Assembly (NCBI GenBank): GCA_002245135.1
Contig: NGBS01000598.1
Location: 1 to 64,000, forward strand
DNA: 64,000 nt
Direction: 5' to 3'
Origin: Proteromonas lacertae
Lineage: Eukaryota
The translations under genes were made by a program, and so were the position numbers. Shown here piece by piece: positions 53,359 to 64,000 of this stretch (position 1 is its first letter; every line of letters starts with the position of its first letter). The notes beneath the pieces were generated by a model. That model saw only the letters and a program-made list of their open reading frames with translations, was not told the DNA's origin and searched no databases.

Positions 53359-54781
53359 ATGTCTTATCTACCGTATTTATATAGCGATAAATATCATTTT
53401 CAATATTACTAATTATTTTTCTAGATCTTATGATGATTCAACGCTATTTTTAGGAGAACAACAACCTGTTATTCCCAGAGATCCAGTTATTCCTGATGAT
53501 CCAACCATAGTTGGTCCAGGTAGATATGGTATAAAATAATGAAATTAAAAAAATAGATATACCTACTACTGTTGGTAGTAATTTACCATTATCAACTATG
53601 CCCAATCAACCTAAGGCTACAATGGCAAAGAAATATCCTAACAGTGAAGAAATAATAAGAATAAGTATATAATGTATTTTAATAATGAAAAATAAATAGG
53701 AAAATCTGATGAACCATCTCCCAATTCATATTTCCAAAAATCAGCAATGTCCAGTATGGGACCACAAAAACTTTCAACTAAACCAACATCTCCCAGTTAC
53801 AGACAAAGTAAAACAACCAATGCAGATAGAATTAAAACATACAATCCAGGTTTGACAGAGAAAGATAATGAATTAACGGAAGGACCAGAAGCTACAAGGT
53901 ATTCACCAGAAGAACCATTATTTGATGCAAGATATACTGGCGAATCAAAAATACATTCAGTATTTATATAAATGTTATATTATATTAGAAATCACCTCGT
54001 TATTCATTACGTGATCCTTACAAATATGAACAACCTCCTCCCTATCCTGGCCCTCAGGATTATGAAGTTATGGATCAATCGAGTTACCCAAGATCTCCCA
54101 CATTCAGAATGACTGGCAGACCAGTAACACCTAAAAAACTAATGGATAACCCTGGTCCTGGTGCGTATTCGCCAAGATTAGAGAAAGAAAGTAGATCTCC
54201 CAAACCACCTAAATTTGTAATTACCTATAAACCATATATTGATTATGATAATAAAGTGCCTGGTCCTTGTCATTATCAATATGAACATACAATTCGAAGT
54301 GGTGCTCCATTTTCACAGAAATATTCTATGCATATAAAACCACCACCACCTAAAATGAGTGATGTGCCTGGTCCTGGTGCATATGATCCTGATGTATTTA
54401 TAATTAATATTAATTATTATATTTTAGACGTTTCAATGGGTATCTACTAAGAAACCATCTCCTAAAATTGGTAATGGAAATAGAACTGATTTTGTTACCC
54501 ATGCTTGGACTCCAGGACCTGGTAGTTATTTCCCCACTGAACCTTATTCACCCAAATCACCATCTTCTTCTAGAAGAAGACCAAGATCTACAAAATCATC
54601 ACCAAGAAAACCTAACAGTGCAAGATCTGCTGATCAACCTCAAATGGATGAATCTAATAATAATATTCAACACTCACCTATTAGTGCAAGAAAGTTTGTT
54701 CCTTCTACTGAAAAGAAAGGTTTTTCTATGGGAACAAGTCCAAGATTTCCCAAAGTAACAGGTACATGGCATATGAAATAA
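53359..54781 (+). CDS. SHIPPO/PGP-repeat (ODF3/STPG-like) protein
   Basis: Repeated VGPGRY, PSPNSY, PGPQDY, PGPGAY, PGPCHY, PGPGAY and PGPGSY motifs across five short introns. Confidence 0.8.
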
Positions 54782-54903
54782 ATGTTAATGTTATTGTCTA
54801 TTTTATACCTTATTTATACTTTATATATATGTTTTTATTGTTGTGAATTTTGTTTTTTTAATTGTATGGTGTTTGAAAATTTTCATAATACAAAATATTT
54901 AAA

Positions 54904-55764
54904 ATGGATGAATATAAGAAAATAGTTAGAGATTTCGATGCAGATCAGAAAAATAAAAAAGCTAAACAGAAAATGAGACAGGAAAATGCAGAAAAGAGAG
55001 TATTGCTTATGAAATCATAATGTTTAGAAAGATCTACAAAAAAGAAAGAATGATAATGGTGAAACAGACGAAGAAAAAGCAGAAAGAAAGAGATTAAGAA
55101 CTCAATATAGAGATAGAGGTATATAAGAATAACATTTAACTAATTTTTTATAGCCAAGGAGAGAAGGCAGTTTGGAATGGATAAAGATTATATAGACTCA
55201 GATAAAGTAATAGATCATCTTCATCTAACAGAAGAAGAAGTGAAATTATTCAAAAATAACAATTTAAATAAAGAAGATGAAAAAGAAAAAGACAATAATA
55301 ATGAAGATATAGAAACTCAACCACAAATACTACCAATGATGCCAGGTAGTTTACTTCCAGTAAAATCAAATAATGGGGTAAAAACATACAACACTGAAGT
55401 AGGAAGAGAAATACACAAATTCTTAACAAAACCACAAAAAAAGACCAAAATTGAAATATTTTTACCAAACCGATGTAAGTATCAATATAATTTGAATATT
55501 GAGAATGATGAAGAAGTGTATAATACAATAATGAGAAGTAAAAGTGATTGTCCTGATCCTAGTACTTATTGTTTTGTTGATATTAATGAGAAATTGTTAG
55601 AAATGATAAAAGACTCAGTTGAATCATTTGGTAATTCAAAATTGAAAAAGAAGAAATTAGAGAAAAGTAAAGAAGAGAAAGAAGAAGAAGATGCTATTCC
55701 ACATTCTGTTGTTCCTGTTACGCAACCTGTTCCAATTGAAGATGATATGTTTGCTGATATGTAA
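54904..55764 (+). CDS. RED-like (IK) splicing factor, N-terminal domain
   Basis: YRDR|AKERR, FLPNRCKY, RSKSDCP and DDMFAD motifs; two introns. Confidence 0.7.
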
Positions 55765-55857
55765 AATTTAATTTATTTTTATTATTTTATTGTTATTTTT
55801 TTTCTTAATAAAATATATTACAAATTATTAATAATAGATTATAATTATTAATTATTA

Positions 55858-55925
55858 TCAATTATTTCATCATTGAAATATCACCTTTCAGGTTTATATA
55901 TTCCAAATCATCTAAACAATTAATA
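55858..55925 (-). promoter_or_regulatory. SECIS element (type II) in the SelT 3' UTR
   Basis: AUGA-U, stem UUGGAAUAU/AUAUUUCAA, unpaired AAA, ministem CCU-GAA-AGG, closing UGAU; starts about 30 nt after the stop codon. Confidence 0.85.
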
Positions 55926-55951
55926 ACAAATTCATAACTATAAAATTCATT

Positions 55952-56652
55952 TTATAAACCATATTTTCTAAATATTTTTATTAACTCTTGTTTATTAGGG
56001 AATCTTCCTCTTTCAAGTTTTGAAAATTCTAACACACCATTCACATATATCTCAAATGCACCAGTATTGGCTAAAGATCCCACCAACATGTTTAATACGA
56101 ATGGCATTAAAGCAAATGTTGCTTTATTATCATCCATCCATTGTACAGCGTTTTCTGGACATGCCTAATGATGCTAAAAATCCAAAACCTGTGAAACAAC
56201 AGATTAACATTGAGATTTGGAAAAATGCAATCGCTTGACTTAAAATAACAACATATCCAGGTGGTGGATAAGGTTCACCATTTATATGGCCGTCTAATTG
56301 TGGATAATTACTTTGCATAAATCCAACTACATTCTGGATATGTTGTTTCATAGATCATGACGTACAATAGAGGATCTTCACCTCAGGAATTGAATGCTCT
56401 TTATTTGACATTATATTTTTATTCTCTATATTATCTTCTTCTTTCATTTCTTTTGCTAAAATGTCTTCTTCTGGAACTGCTGGAATTTCTATCTCTTGTT
56501 GTATCCCTTTTTCTTCTTTTTTGCTACCTGCAGCTTCTACATCTATAGAATCATAAAACAATCTGTTCAATACAAAATGAATAATCGGAATAAATTGAGA
56601 ATGTGGTAATAATGACAAATAAAAAGGCATAAAGTAACCTTTTATTTTTCAT
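55952..56652 (-). CDS. SELENOT: Selenoprotein T (in-frame UGA at 56355-56357 read as Sec)
   Basis: Signal peptide, one intron, VKILYCTS-UGA-SMKQ...NYPQL..INGEPYPPP, C-terminal TGAFEIYVNG..FSKLERGRFP. One extra base near 56160. Confidence 0.9.
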
Positions 56653-56798
56653 TCTCAAATATCTTATGCTGAGTGTTTATTCAACAATAGAAAAAAAGAA
56701 AGAATTATGAAACGGATTTTATTTTTTGAATATTGAATTCTATTCATAACTCATCAATAAACAATTAAATCATATTAAAAATGTTATATATACATTAT

Positions 56799-58825
56799 TT
56801 AAGACTCATACTGACATAATATGTCGAAACAACTATTACACAATCCACAAGATACATATTCACCAATTTCACAACTCTTTCTACAAGTCAAACAACAATA
56901 TTTCGATTTATAAAAGTTCTTAATTGGTTTAACTGATTTATTATTTTCTTTAGTATTTATTTTATTGAATACTTCATTCAAAATATAACTCAATACAATC
57001 ACACTTTGAAGTTTTGATTCATATTTACTTAACACTTGTATTTTCTTCTTTCTTTGTAATTCTCTTTTCTTTGATTTCTAATATAATAATAATTATTATT
57101 TATACATTAAATAATCCATTTTCTAATGATTGTTTCAGTTTCAATGAATCATTCCATCTATTTTCTAATGTTTTATTAATTGGTTTTAATATTGATAAAG
57201 ATGATTGAATATTCTTTCCCATTTTTGCTTGTCTTAGTAATGAAGATATTAAATATAAATGAGTTTGATATAATTTATGTCTTTCTATACAATAATAATG
57301 ATTTTTTTTTATACTTATAACTAATTGCAATCTAGAATAATTCATATTTGAAATATAATGTAAATGATGATTCAATAATTTCAACTCATACTCTATTGGA
57401 CAGATTAAACTATTTTTATTAATTTTTCTATGAAAATTTATTTTATTTTCTTTTATTGAATGAATTGTATAATCATTCGTAGTTGAATAAGATTCATTCA
57501 TTGAAAAATCAATAAAAGTAAGAGAATATAAAAAATTGCAATATCTTTATAAAACGACAAAATTGATTTATTCTCTATCAATTTATCATAAAATTCTTTA
57601 ATTTTCTTAAAAATTCCAATATTATTAAACGAATATATTTTTCTTTTCTGTAAAATACTTAAAATTTGTTCAAATAATGTACAATACATAATAAATGGTG
57701 TTTGAGTTGGTAAATTTACAATCATAAATAATAAATCATACCAATCTAAATAATCATTTATATGTTGAGATTTTGAACTATAAACCTCATTATCTCTAAA
57801 AGTATGATGATGTAAATACAAATAACCTGAAGAATAAGTTGGTTTTATTGTTAATGGAATTTTATTTTGATTTGTTGGATAATTTAATGATAAGGAAAAT
57901 GCAACTTTTGGAAAATAATTTTCATTTTGAATTTGAACGAAGTCTTTTGTAATTGAATTGTATAATTCTGTTGGATCATAGTCTTTGAAATAATCATCAG
58001 TAAATAACCAAAAATCATTATCACATGATGTTTCATCACTTAGACTTGCTATATATTGTCTATTACTATATATTCTTGAAGGATAAATCAACTCATCATC
58101 ATCATCATTATTATCTTCTTCTTCTACTAATTTTTCATTATTATTTCTATTGTTTTTATTAATATAATCTATAGATGATTTTCTTAATGTCTTTAATGTA
58201 GGATGATTTGGACATCTAAAATCTTCAATTGAATAATTATTATTAATATCAAATGAATCTAATGAATATAAACACATAGGATGATAGTGTTTTCTACAAC
58301 CAATTACTTGACATTGAATTGTTATTGAGTCTGTGATTCTGTGACATAATGAACAACACTAAAAATATTAAAATAGAATAAATGTTTATTTATACTTTTG
58401 TTCTGCTTTTATCTAAATCTCTTTGATTTAATATTTTCATATCATAAACACTTCTAACATCTGTAATTTGTACATCTTTACATAGATTCACACATTGAAT
58501 ATGACACCAAGTGTGACAATTCACTCTTTTCATATTACCTTCACTCAATCCACATAAATAGCATTTCTATAACAATTAAATGATTGAAATATACAATATA
58601 TTTATAACCAATTGATTTAGCTTGACATAATTCACAAAACCATTCATTCTTTGGAATAGATAATAGACCATAACAATATTGATGTACTATTAAATCACAT
58701 CCATCACAAAAAATCAACGGATTATCATCATAAGCTTCATTACACTTGCAAATATAACATTTTTCTTCATTAGCTTCACCATAGTTATTATCATCAGAGC
58801 CATCATCAGAGTTACTATCAGCCAT
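56799..58825 (-). CDS. PHD - Zn knuckle - PHD (PZP, BRPF/JADE/AF10-like) chromatin protein
   Basis: CYIC...NPLIFCDGCDLIVHQYCYG..IPKNEWFCELC, KCYLC...MKR..WCHIQC, CSLC...IQC...C.KHYHPMC..CPNH. The 3' half has a probable indel near 57530 and an uncertain end. Confidence 0.75.
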
Positions 58826-59037
58826 ATAATTAACTATGTAGTAGTTTAAAAATATTCAAATTTAAAAATCAATGAAAATTTTTGTACACCACACTATTTA
58901 AAACTCATTTATCTCTTTATATTTATACTATTTTCTAATAATACTATCATCCCAACAAAATATAACATATAATTAATGTTAATAAACAAGTATTAAAATA
59001 AAAAATAAAAATATACACACTTAGGCCATATATGAAT

Positions 59038-59394
59038 CTAATTATTCATAGATTCATTGTTGTTGACTGGAGAGAGATTGATTTCCCATCTAACTATATT
59101 ACCAGGACCATTCTTTCCATCTAATCTCAAACTTCCTCTTTTCATTTGTCCTACTATTTCTGTCTTTTTAATCTCTATCCCATTCTCATTACGGAATGTT
59201 CTTAGAGTCAACGTTGAACCATCTCTAATTTCACCTCTAATTACTCCCCCTGTAATATCATCTGGTTGTACATAATACTTTCCATTTATAATAGTTCCAC
59301 TTTTATATAATTCACCATATACAGCATATTCTTTCTCAGAACCAACATATTGAATTCTACCTGTAAATCTTACAGCTTCACCATTTGTGTACAT
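59038..59394 (-). CDS. Hypothetical 118-aa protein, probably beta-rich
   Basis: Intact ATG-to-stop ORF with coding-like composition in AT-rich flanks; no recognised family. Confidence 0.6.
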   Translation of the reverse strand: MYTNGEAVRFTGRIQYVGSEKEYAVYGELYKSGTIINGKYYVQPDDITGGVIRGEIRDGSTLTLRTFRNENGIEIKKTEIVGQMKRGSLRLDGKNGPGNIVRWEINLSPVNNNESMNN

Positions 59395-59903
59395 TAAGTA
59401 TTGATTTGAATTATATAAATATTAAAATTAAAACTAAATAAATATATAAATAGACCTTTTTAATAAAAAAAGATCTAAATAAAGGGAGAGAAAAAGGAGG
59501 CAGTTTTATATGAAGTAAGTAAATAAAAGTACGGTTTCATCCTAATATTTACACTGAAATACTTTTGTGAACTTACTACATTTGTGAAATATGTAGGATC
59601 CTGAGATAAAACAAGTAAAGATCAAAGCATAATAGAAATATATATAAATAATACATAATAAATAGGATTATAACTAACAATAAATGAAGGATTTGTCTTT
59701 TTATATCGGAAAACTTTTCGTCAGTATAATCTAAGTACTGCAATAATAGCAAAGCCTATCTAGTCTAATATATATCTGCTGGTAGAGAGAGATTAGTAAA
59801 TTAAAAACCGAAAATTATTGTCAAACTACGAATCAAGCTTTTTCTAGAATAAATTCATTCAATTTCATTTTTCATATAATATAGACAATTTTAGTTTGAT
59901 ATA

Positions 59904-61286
59904 ATGCCACCTCATCATAGCAGATCAAGGTATCCATTGAATTATGCATTTTATTTTATTAGGTCTCACCATCATCACCATAGAACCAGAAGTGATAGTC
60001 ATAGAAGGTATTTAATAGTATTAAAATTAAACTAGACATCATCATAGTCGAAAACATTCTCATACACATTCACATAAAAGACGAGACTACCATCACCACA
60101 GGTATTGATTATATGAATATATAAAATAGATCATCTCATCACAATGAATCTCGTTCTCATCATCACCATCGACGCCATCATCGTCGTTCAGAATCTGACT
60201 CAAGAAGTGGATCAAGTGAAAGTAGAGATGATTCAGTAGGACATTATAAAGGCAAATTAGGCAGTATTCTTGGTGAGAAATATAAAATCATATCTTTAGC
60301 AGGAACAGGAACATTTGGCAAAGTATTTACCTGTGAACCAATCCAATCATCATCATCAACAGATTCTCCTTCTATTGTAGCAATTAAGGTAATAAGAGAT
60401 GTAACGAAATACACAGAAGAAGCAAAAGTGGAAAAGACAGTTTGGGAAAGGATATTAAGTTGTGAAGGTTCAGAGACTGCACATATTGTGAAATTGTACG
60501 ATACTTTCATGCATGGTCCTCATTACTGTATAGTTATGGAATCACTAGGTCAAAGTGTATATGATATTTTGAAATTGAATGACTATACTCCTTTTCCACT
60601 AGAGACTGTAAGAACAATAGGTAGACAAGTATATATAGTTATCTATTATAATGTTTGTATAGTTATTAGAATCATTGAATTTTATGCACAATAATGAATT
60701 AGTTCACACAGATTTAAAATTAGAGAATATATTGTTTATAAATAAAGAAGTGATTAGAAAAGAATATAAAATATTAGGAGAACGAATAGAATACCATAAA
60801 CCACTGCATGATGATATAAAAGTAATAGATTTTGGTGGTGCAACTTTTTCCGACCAATCTAAATCCACCATTATCAATACAAGACAATATAGAGCACCAG
60901 AAGTGATATTAGAATTAAAATGGAGTTATCCTTCCGATATTTGGTCAGCTGGTTGCATTTTGTATGAATTATACAAAGGTCAGTTGTTATTTGCCACTCA
61001 TGATTCTTCACAGCATTTGTCGCTTATACAGAAGATTATTGGTCCATTTCCAGATTCAATGGTGAAAATTACATCAACAAAGTATTTTGATGTTGATGGA
61101 GATTTGAAGTTTTTGAATGAAGGATCTTTGCATTTAAGGAAAGAAGTAGAAAGAGCAAAAGCTTTGGAAGACTTAATTGAACCAGATGATTCTGTTTTTT
61201 TAGATTTGTTGAAAAAAATGTTAATTATAAACCCTGATAATAGATGTACAGCTTCTGATGCTTTAGATCATCCTTTTTTCAAATAG
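59904..61286 (+). CDS. CLK/LAMMER-family dual-specificity kinase with His/Arg/Ser-rich N-terminus
   Basis: DDSVGHY, GTGTFGKV, HTDLKLENIL, IDFGGATF, NTRQYRAPEVIL, LFATHD..QHLSLIQKIIG; four introns. Confidence 0.9.
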
Positions 61287-61486
61287 AGAGAAAGTTAAAT
61301 AACAGATTAATAACACATAAACACAATTTTTTTAATTTTATTTTTTCTTTGTACTTTTGTTAGTTTCTTTATTGTTATAGATTGTCACATTAACAACAAA
61401 CAGATTCTTTTAAAAATATAAAGTAAATAATTAAAGTATGAGGAGAAAAAACACATTTAACTAAAGCTATTTAGACGATTTTAGAC

Positions 61487-61948
61487 TTATTCATCTTTGA
61501 CAGGACGATGTGGGATTAATTTTACCATATTGTAGGGACTGAAGCATATATGCTTTTCTTCTTTAAATAATTCCCTTTTGGCTGGTGTACTTGGTGAATT
61601 TAGATCAGCTTGTCTCAAAATTGCTTTCTTAGGTTTATTTGGTGTTTTTAATGGTGATAACAGACAAGGATCTATAGCTGGATTGGCATTTTCATCATTA
61701 GGATCACCAGCTACACCCAAGAATTGAAAATTACTAGCTATTGTTCTCTTTGCTAGTTTTTGTCTATGCCAAAGTTGTAATCTATTTATATTAAAACTAT
61801 ATTTATACCTTTCTATTAATTCGGTTTTGTTTCCTGATGTTGGCAATCCTAATGTTTCACATAAAGCCCTAAGCTCTTCATTAGTCCAATAGCCAGTGTC
61901 CAAAGTATAAGGATTTATTGAAATATAAGCGTTTGGTTTAGCACTCAT
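61487..61948 (-). CDS. Small SAP-domain protein
   Basis: WTNEELRALCETLGLPTSGNKTELIERL once an in-frame 27-nt GT-AG intron (61782-61808) is removed. Confidence 0.75.
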   Translation of the reverse strand: MSAKPNAYISINPYTLDTGYWTNEELRALCETLGLPTSGNKTELIERYKYSFNINRLQLWHRQKLAKRTIASNFQFLGVAGDPNDENANPAIDPCLLSPLKTPNKPKKAILRQADLNSPSTPAKRELFKEEKHICFSPYNMVKLIPHRPVKDE

Positions 61949-62052
61949 TGAAAAATTGAATGAATAAAAAATGTGACAGTTTGTTTTGGTAAATATGACA
62001 GTTGAAAAACAATAAAACGAATAAAAAAGAAACGCATATAATTTTATAAAAT

Positions 62053-63322
62053 TTAGAATTTTGTTCTTATTCTCTTTCTATTGACCTATTTGTTATGATA
62101 ATATAATATAATCAATACTTGATGAATTGGATCTTGAATTATGCTGGTCTTATTTCCAAAAACTGGTCCAATCTGACTATCTTGAGATAATAACAATCCA
62201 TCCTCAGCTGGAATATCTCTTTTCATTGGTGCTATTTTATCATCTAAATTATCTGGTTTATAGATTCTTTTTCTTGTCAAATTCTTATTAGAAGTGAAGT
62301 ATTCCTTCTATATAAATAGTATATTAATAATAATAATAATAATATACAACAGGAGTGATTCCAGGTTTGGTAATATTATCAGGTGTTCCTACTCCATATT
62401 TCTTCATTTCCTCTGCCTTTTGTTCAGCTATTCTCTTAAATGGTGTATTTCCATTTTGTACATTTTGTCCTTGAATATTCTTATTGGGAGTTTCACTAAT
62501 TACTTTAATTGTACTTTCACCAGTTAAGTAGTTTTTTATAGTAATTAATTTTCTGCTTATTTCATCTGAATATACGACTTCTTTACCATATCTCGAGGAA
62601 AGAGATGATGTACTTAATAAAAATCCATCATTTATTAAAGTATCAAAAACACCTTTCATTGCCTAGAATATAATTTACATTAAATTATTTTTTATACATT
62701 ATAATTACTTCCTAATAGTTTAGATAATTGTAACATTGTGATATTCTTTATATTATTATTATGAATAGTGATTATTGCTTCACAACATCTAAATATATAA
62801 ATATATATATTTTATACAATTTCTTGTTTTTATCATTCATATTCTCATTATGTATGAAATCTACATCTAATGGTTCATTGTTCTTATTTATTGAATATTG
62901 TTGTTGTTGTTGTTGTTGTACCATTATTGGTTGAGATAATTCATCATATTGAGTTTCGGCATCTTCATTATCATTGATATTCACTATTTCCATTTGTTTA
63001 TTATTATTATTATCATCATTTATCTTTGTTTCGTTTTCTTTCTTATCTTCATTCTTCTTATTATTATTATTGTTGTTGTTATCTTTCTCTTTATCATTGA
63101 TGAATGAATCTAGTGTTCTTATTCTTACTGATATATTATGATATGGCTATAATAGTAATTAATAATTCAATATCAAAATATACTGTTTCCAGTTTACCAA
63201 TATCCACTTTCAATGGTTTATCTTCAAACTCTATCTTCATATCATCACATTCACTAGCATCTACAAAGAATTTTGGTTGATAATCGGAAGGCTATATATA
63301 TTATAATAACATATAAAATATA

Positions 63323-63360
<38 letters not shown>

Positions 63361-63972
63361 TGTAATATCATCATAATAGAATAATTTCATATTAATCCAT
63401 CTATCGTTAGGTAATGGTTCTAATGTGCTACACATGGTGATTAAAGTTCTTATCATCACAACAGCTTGATTACGGATAGAGTCAGCTGTAAAGTTGATAG
63501 ATTTATTACCTCCTCCTGATGATATACATTCAACTTCACATTCTTCTTTTGCTGGGTAGGTAACTTTGTAATTGTATGCTTCAATTAATTTACCATCCTT
63601 ACATTCATCATTGGCAGTGTAAATAGCAAACACTATCGCTCTTAAGTAATGTTTGTCTAATGCGTCGAATACACCTTCCTCTATCCATTTAGTAAGCTAT
63701 AGTAATTAAATTGACTAAGAATAGTACGATCCAAGCATCTTTGTTGAGAATGACAGGTTTTTCATCTCCAGATTTCTTCTCGATTGGATGTAATGTGTTG
63801 ATTTTTACACCGGCATACTGTTTTTCTTGGAAGCATCCAGCTAGGACAAGATTATTGATGTAAGAATACTGTCGAATACGTTTCTCAAATAGCAGATTTC
63901 ACTAATCTAATCATATGTAATAGGACTGTGTAAATATACTGATGTTCTGAGCATATTCTTAACTACTGCAAG
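62053..63972 (-). CDS. HOP1: Meiotic HORMA-domain protein (Hop1/ASY1/HORMAD-like), 5' end outside window
   Basis: ISEICYLRNVF, WIEEGVFDALDKHYLR, LIEAYNY, MIRTLITMCSTLEPLP..RWINMKLFYYDD.TP.DYQP.FF; C-terminal KTSIIQDPIHQ..RKR resembling a closure motif. Confidence 0.88.
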
Positions 63973-64000
63973 CTAATTATGCATTATGATAAATATTTAA

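Noticed and set aside
7170..57540. Programmed frameshifting or pseudogenisation at frame breaks (about 7180, 13310, 17203, 17490, 33760, 34175, 56160, 57530)
   Set aside because: Breaks go in both directions, mostly sit in homopolymers, share no slippery motif, and similar random indels pepper both tandem arrays. Long-read consensus error is the simpler explanation; short-read mapping would settle it.
63325..63360. (AT)n and (AAT)n microsatellites
   Set aside because: Ordinary intronic low-complexity sequence, common across the window.

Overview
Gene-dense, very AT-rich eukaryotic nuclear DNA with many short spliceosomal introns (mostly about 25-50 nt, GTAT...TAG) and canonical stop codons. 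Gene content (three Sig1/Mas-type tubular mastigoneme genes, an FKBP-TPR-cyclophilin fusion) points to a stramenopile protist; the intron size and AT content fit the Blastocystis/Proteromonas group, but that is inference. About 26 protein-coding genes and one tRNA-Ile(AAU) can be modelled by hand. Two large coding tandem arrays dominate: about 66 x 105 bp (coiled coil, 1-6960) and about 21 x 446 bp (exon plus intron units inside a roughly 3,600-aa single-pass membrane protein with a cytoplasmic PH domain). Other highlights: two introns with non-canonical AT-AA and AT-AT ends that share a U12-like donor and branch signature; a perfect palindrome upstream of all three mastigoneme-like paralogs; a selenoprotein T with in-frame UGA and SECIS; IRE1 with a C-terminal CCCH finger; and an LRR-SAPS fusion. 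Scattered single-base indels, mostly in homopolymers, look like long-read assembly errors, so exact frames and repeat copy numbers are provisional.
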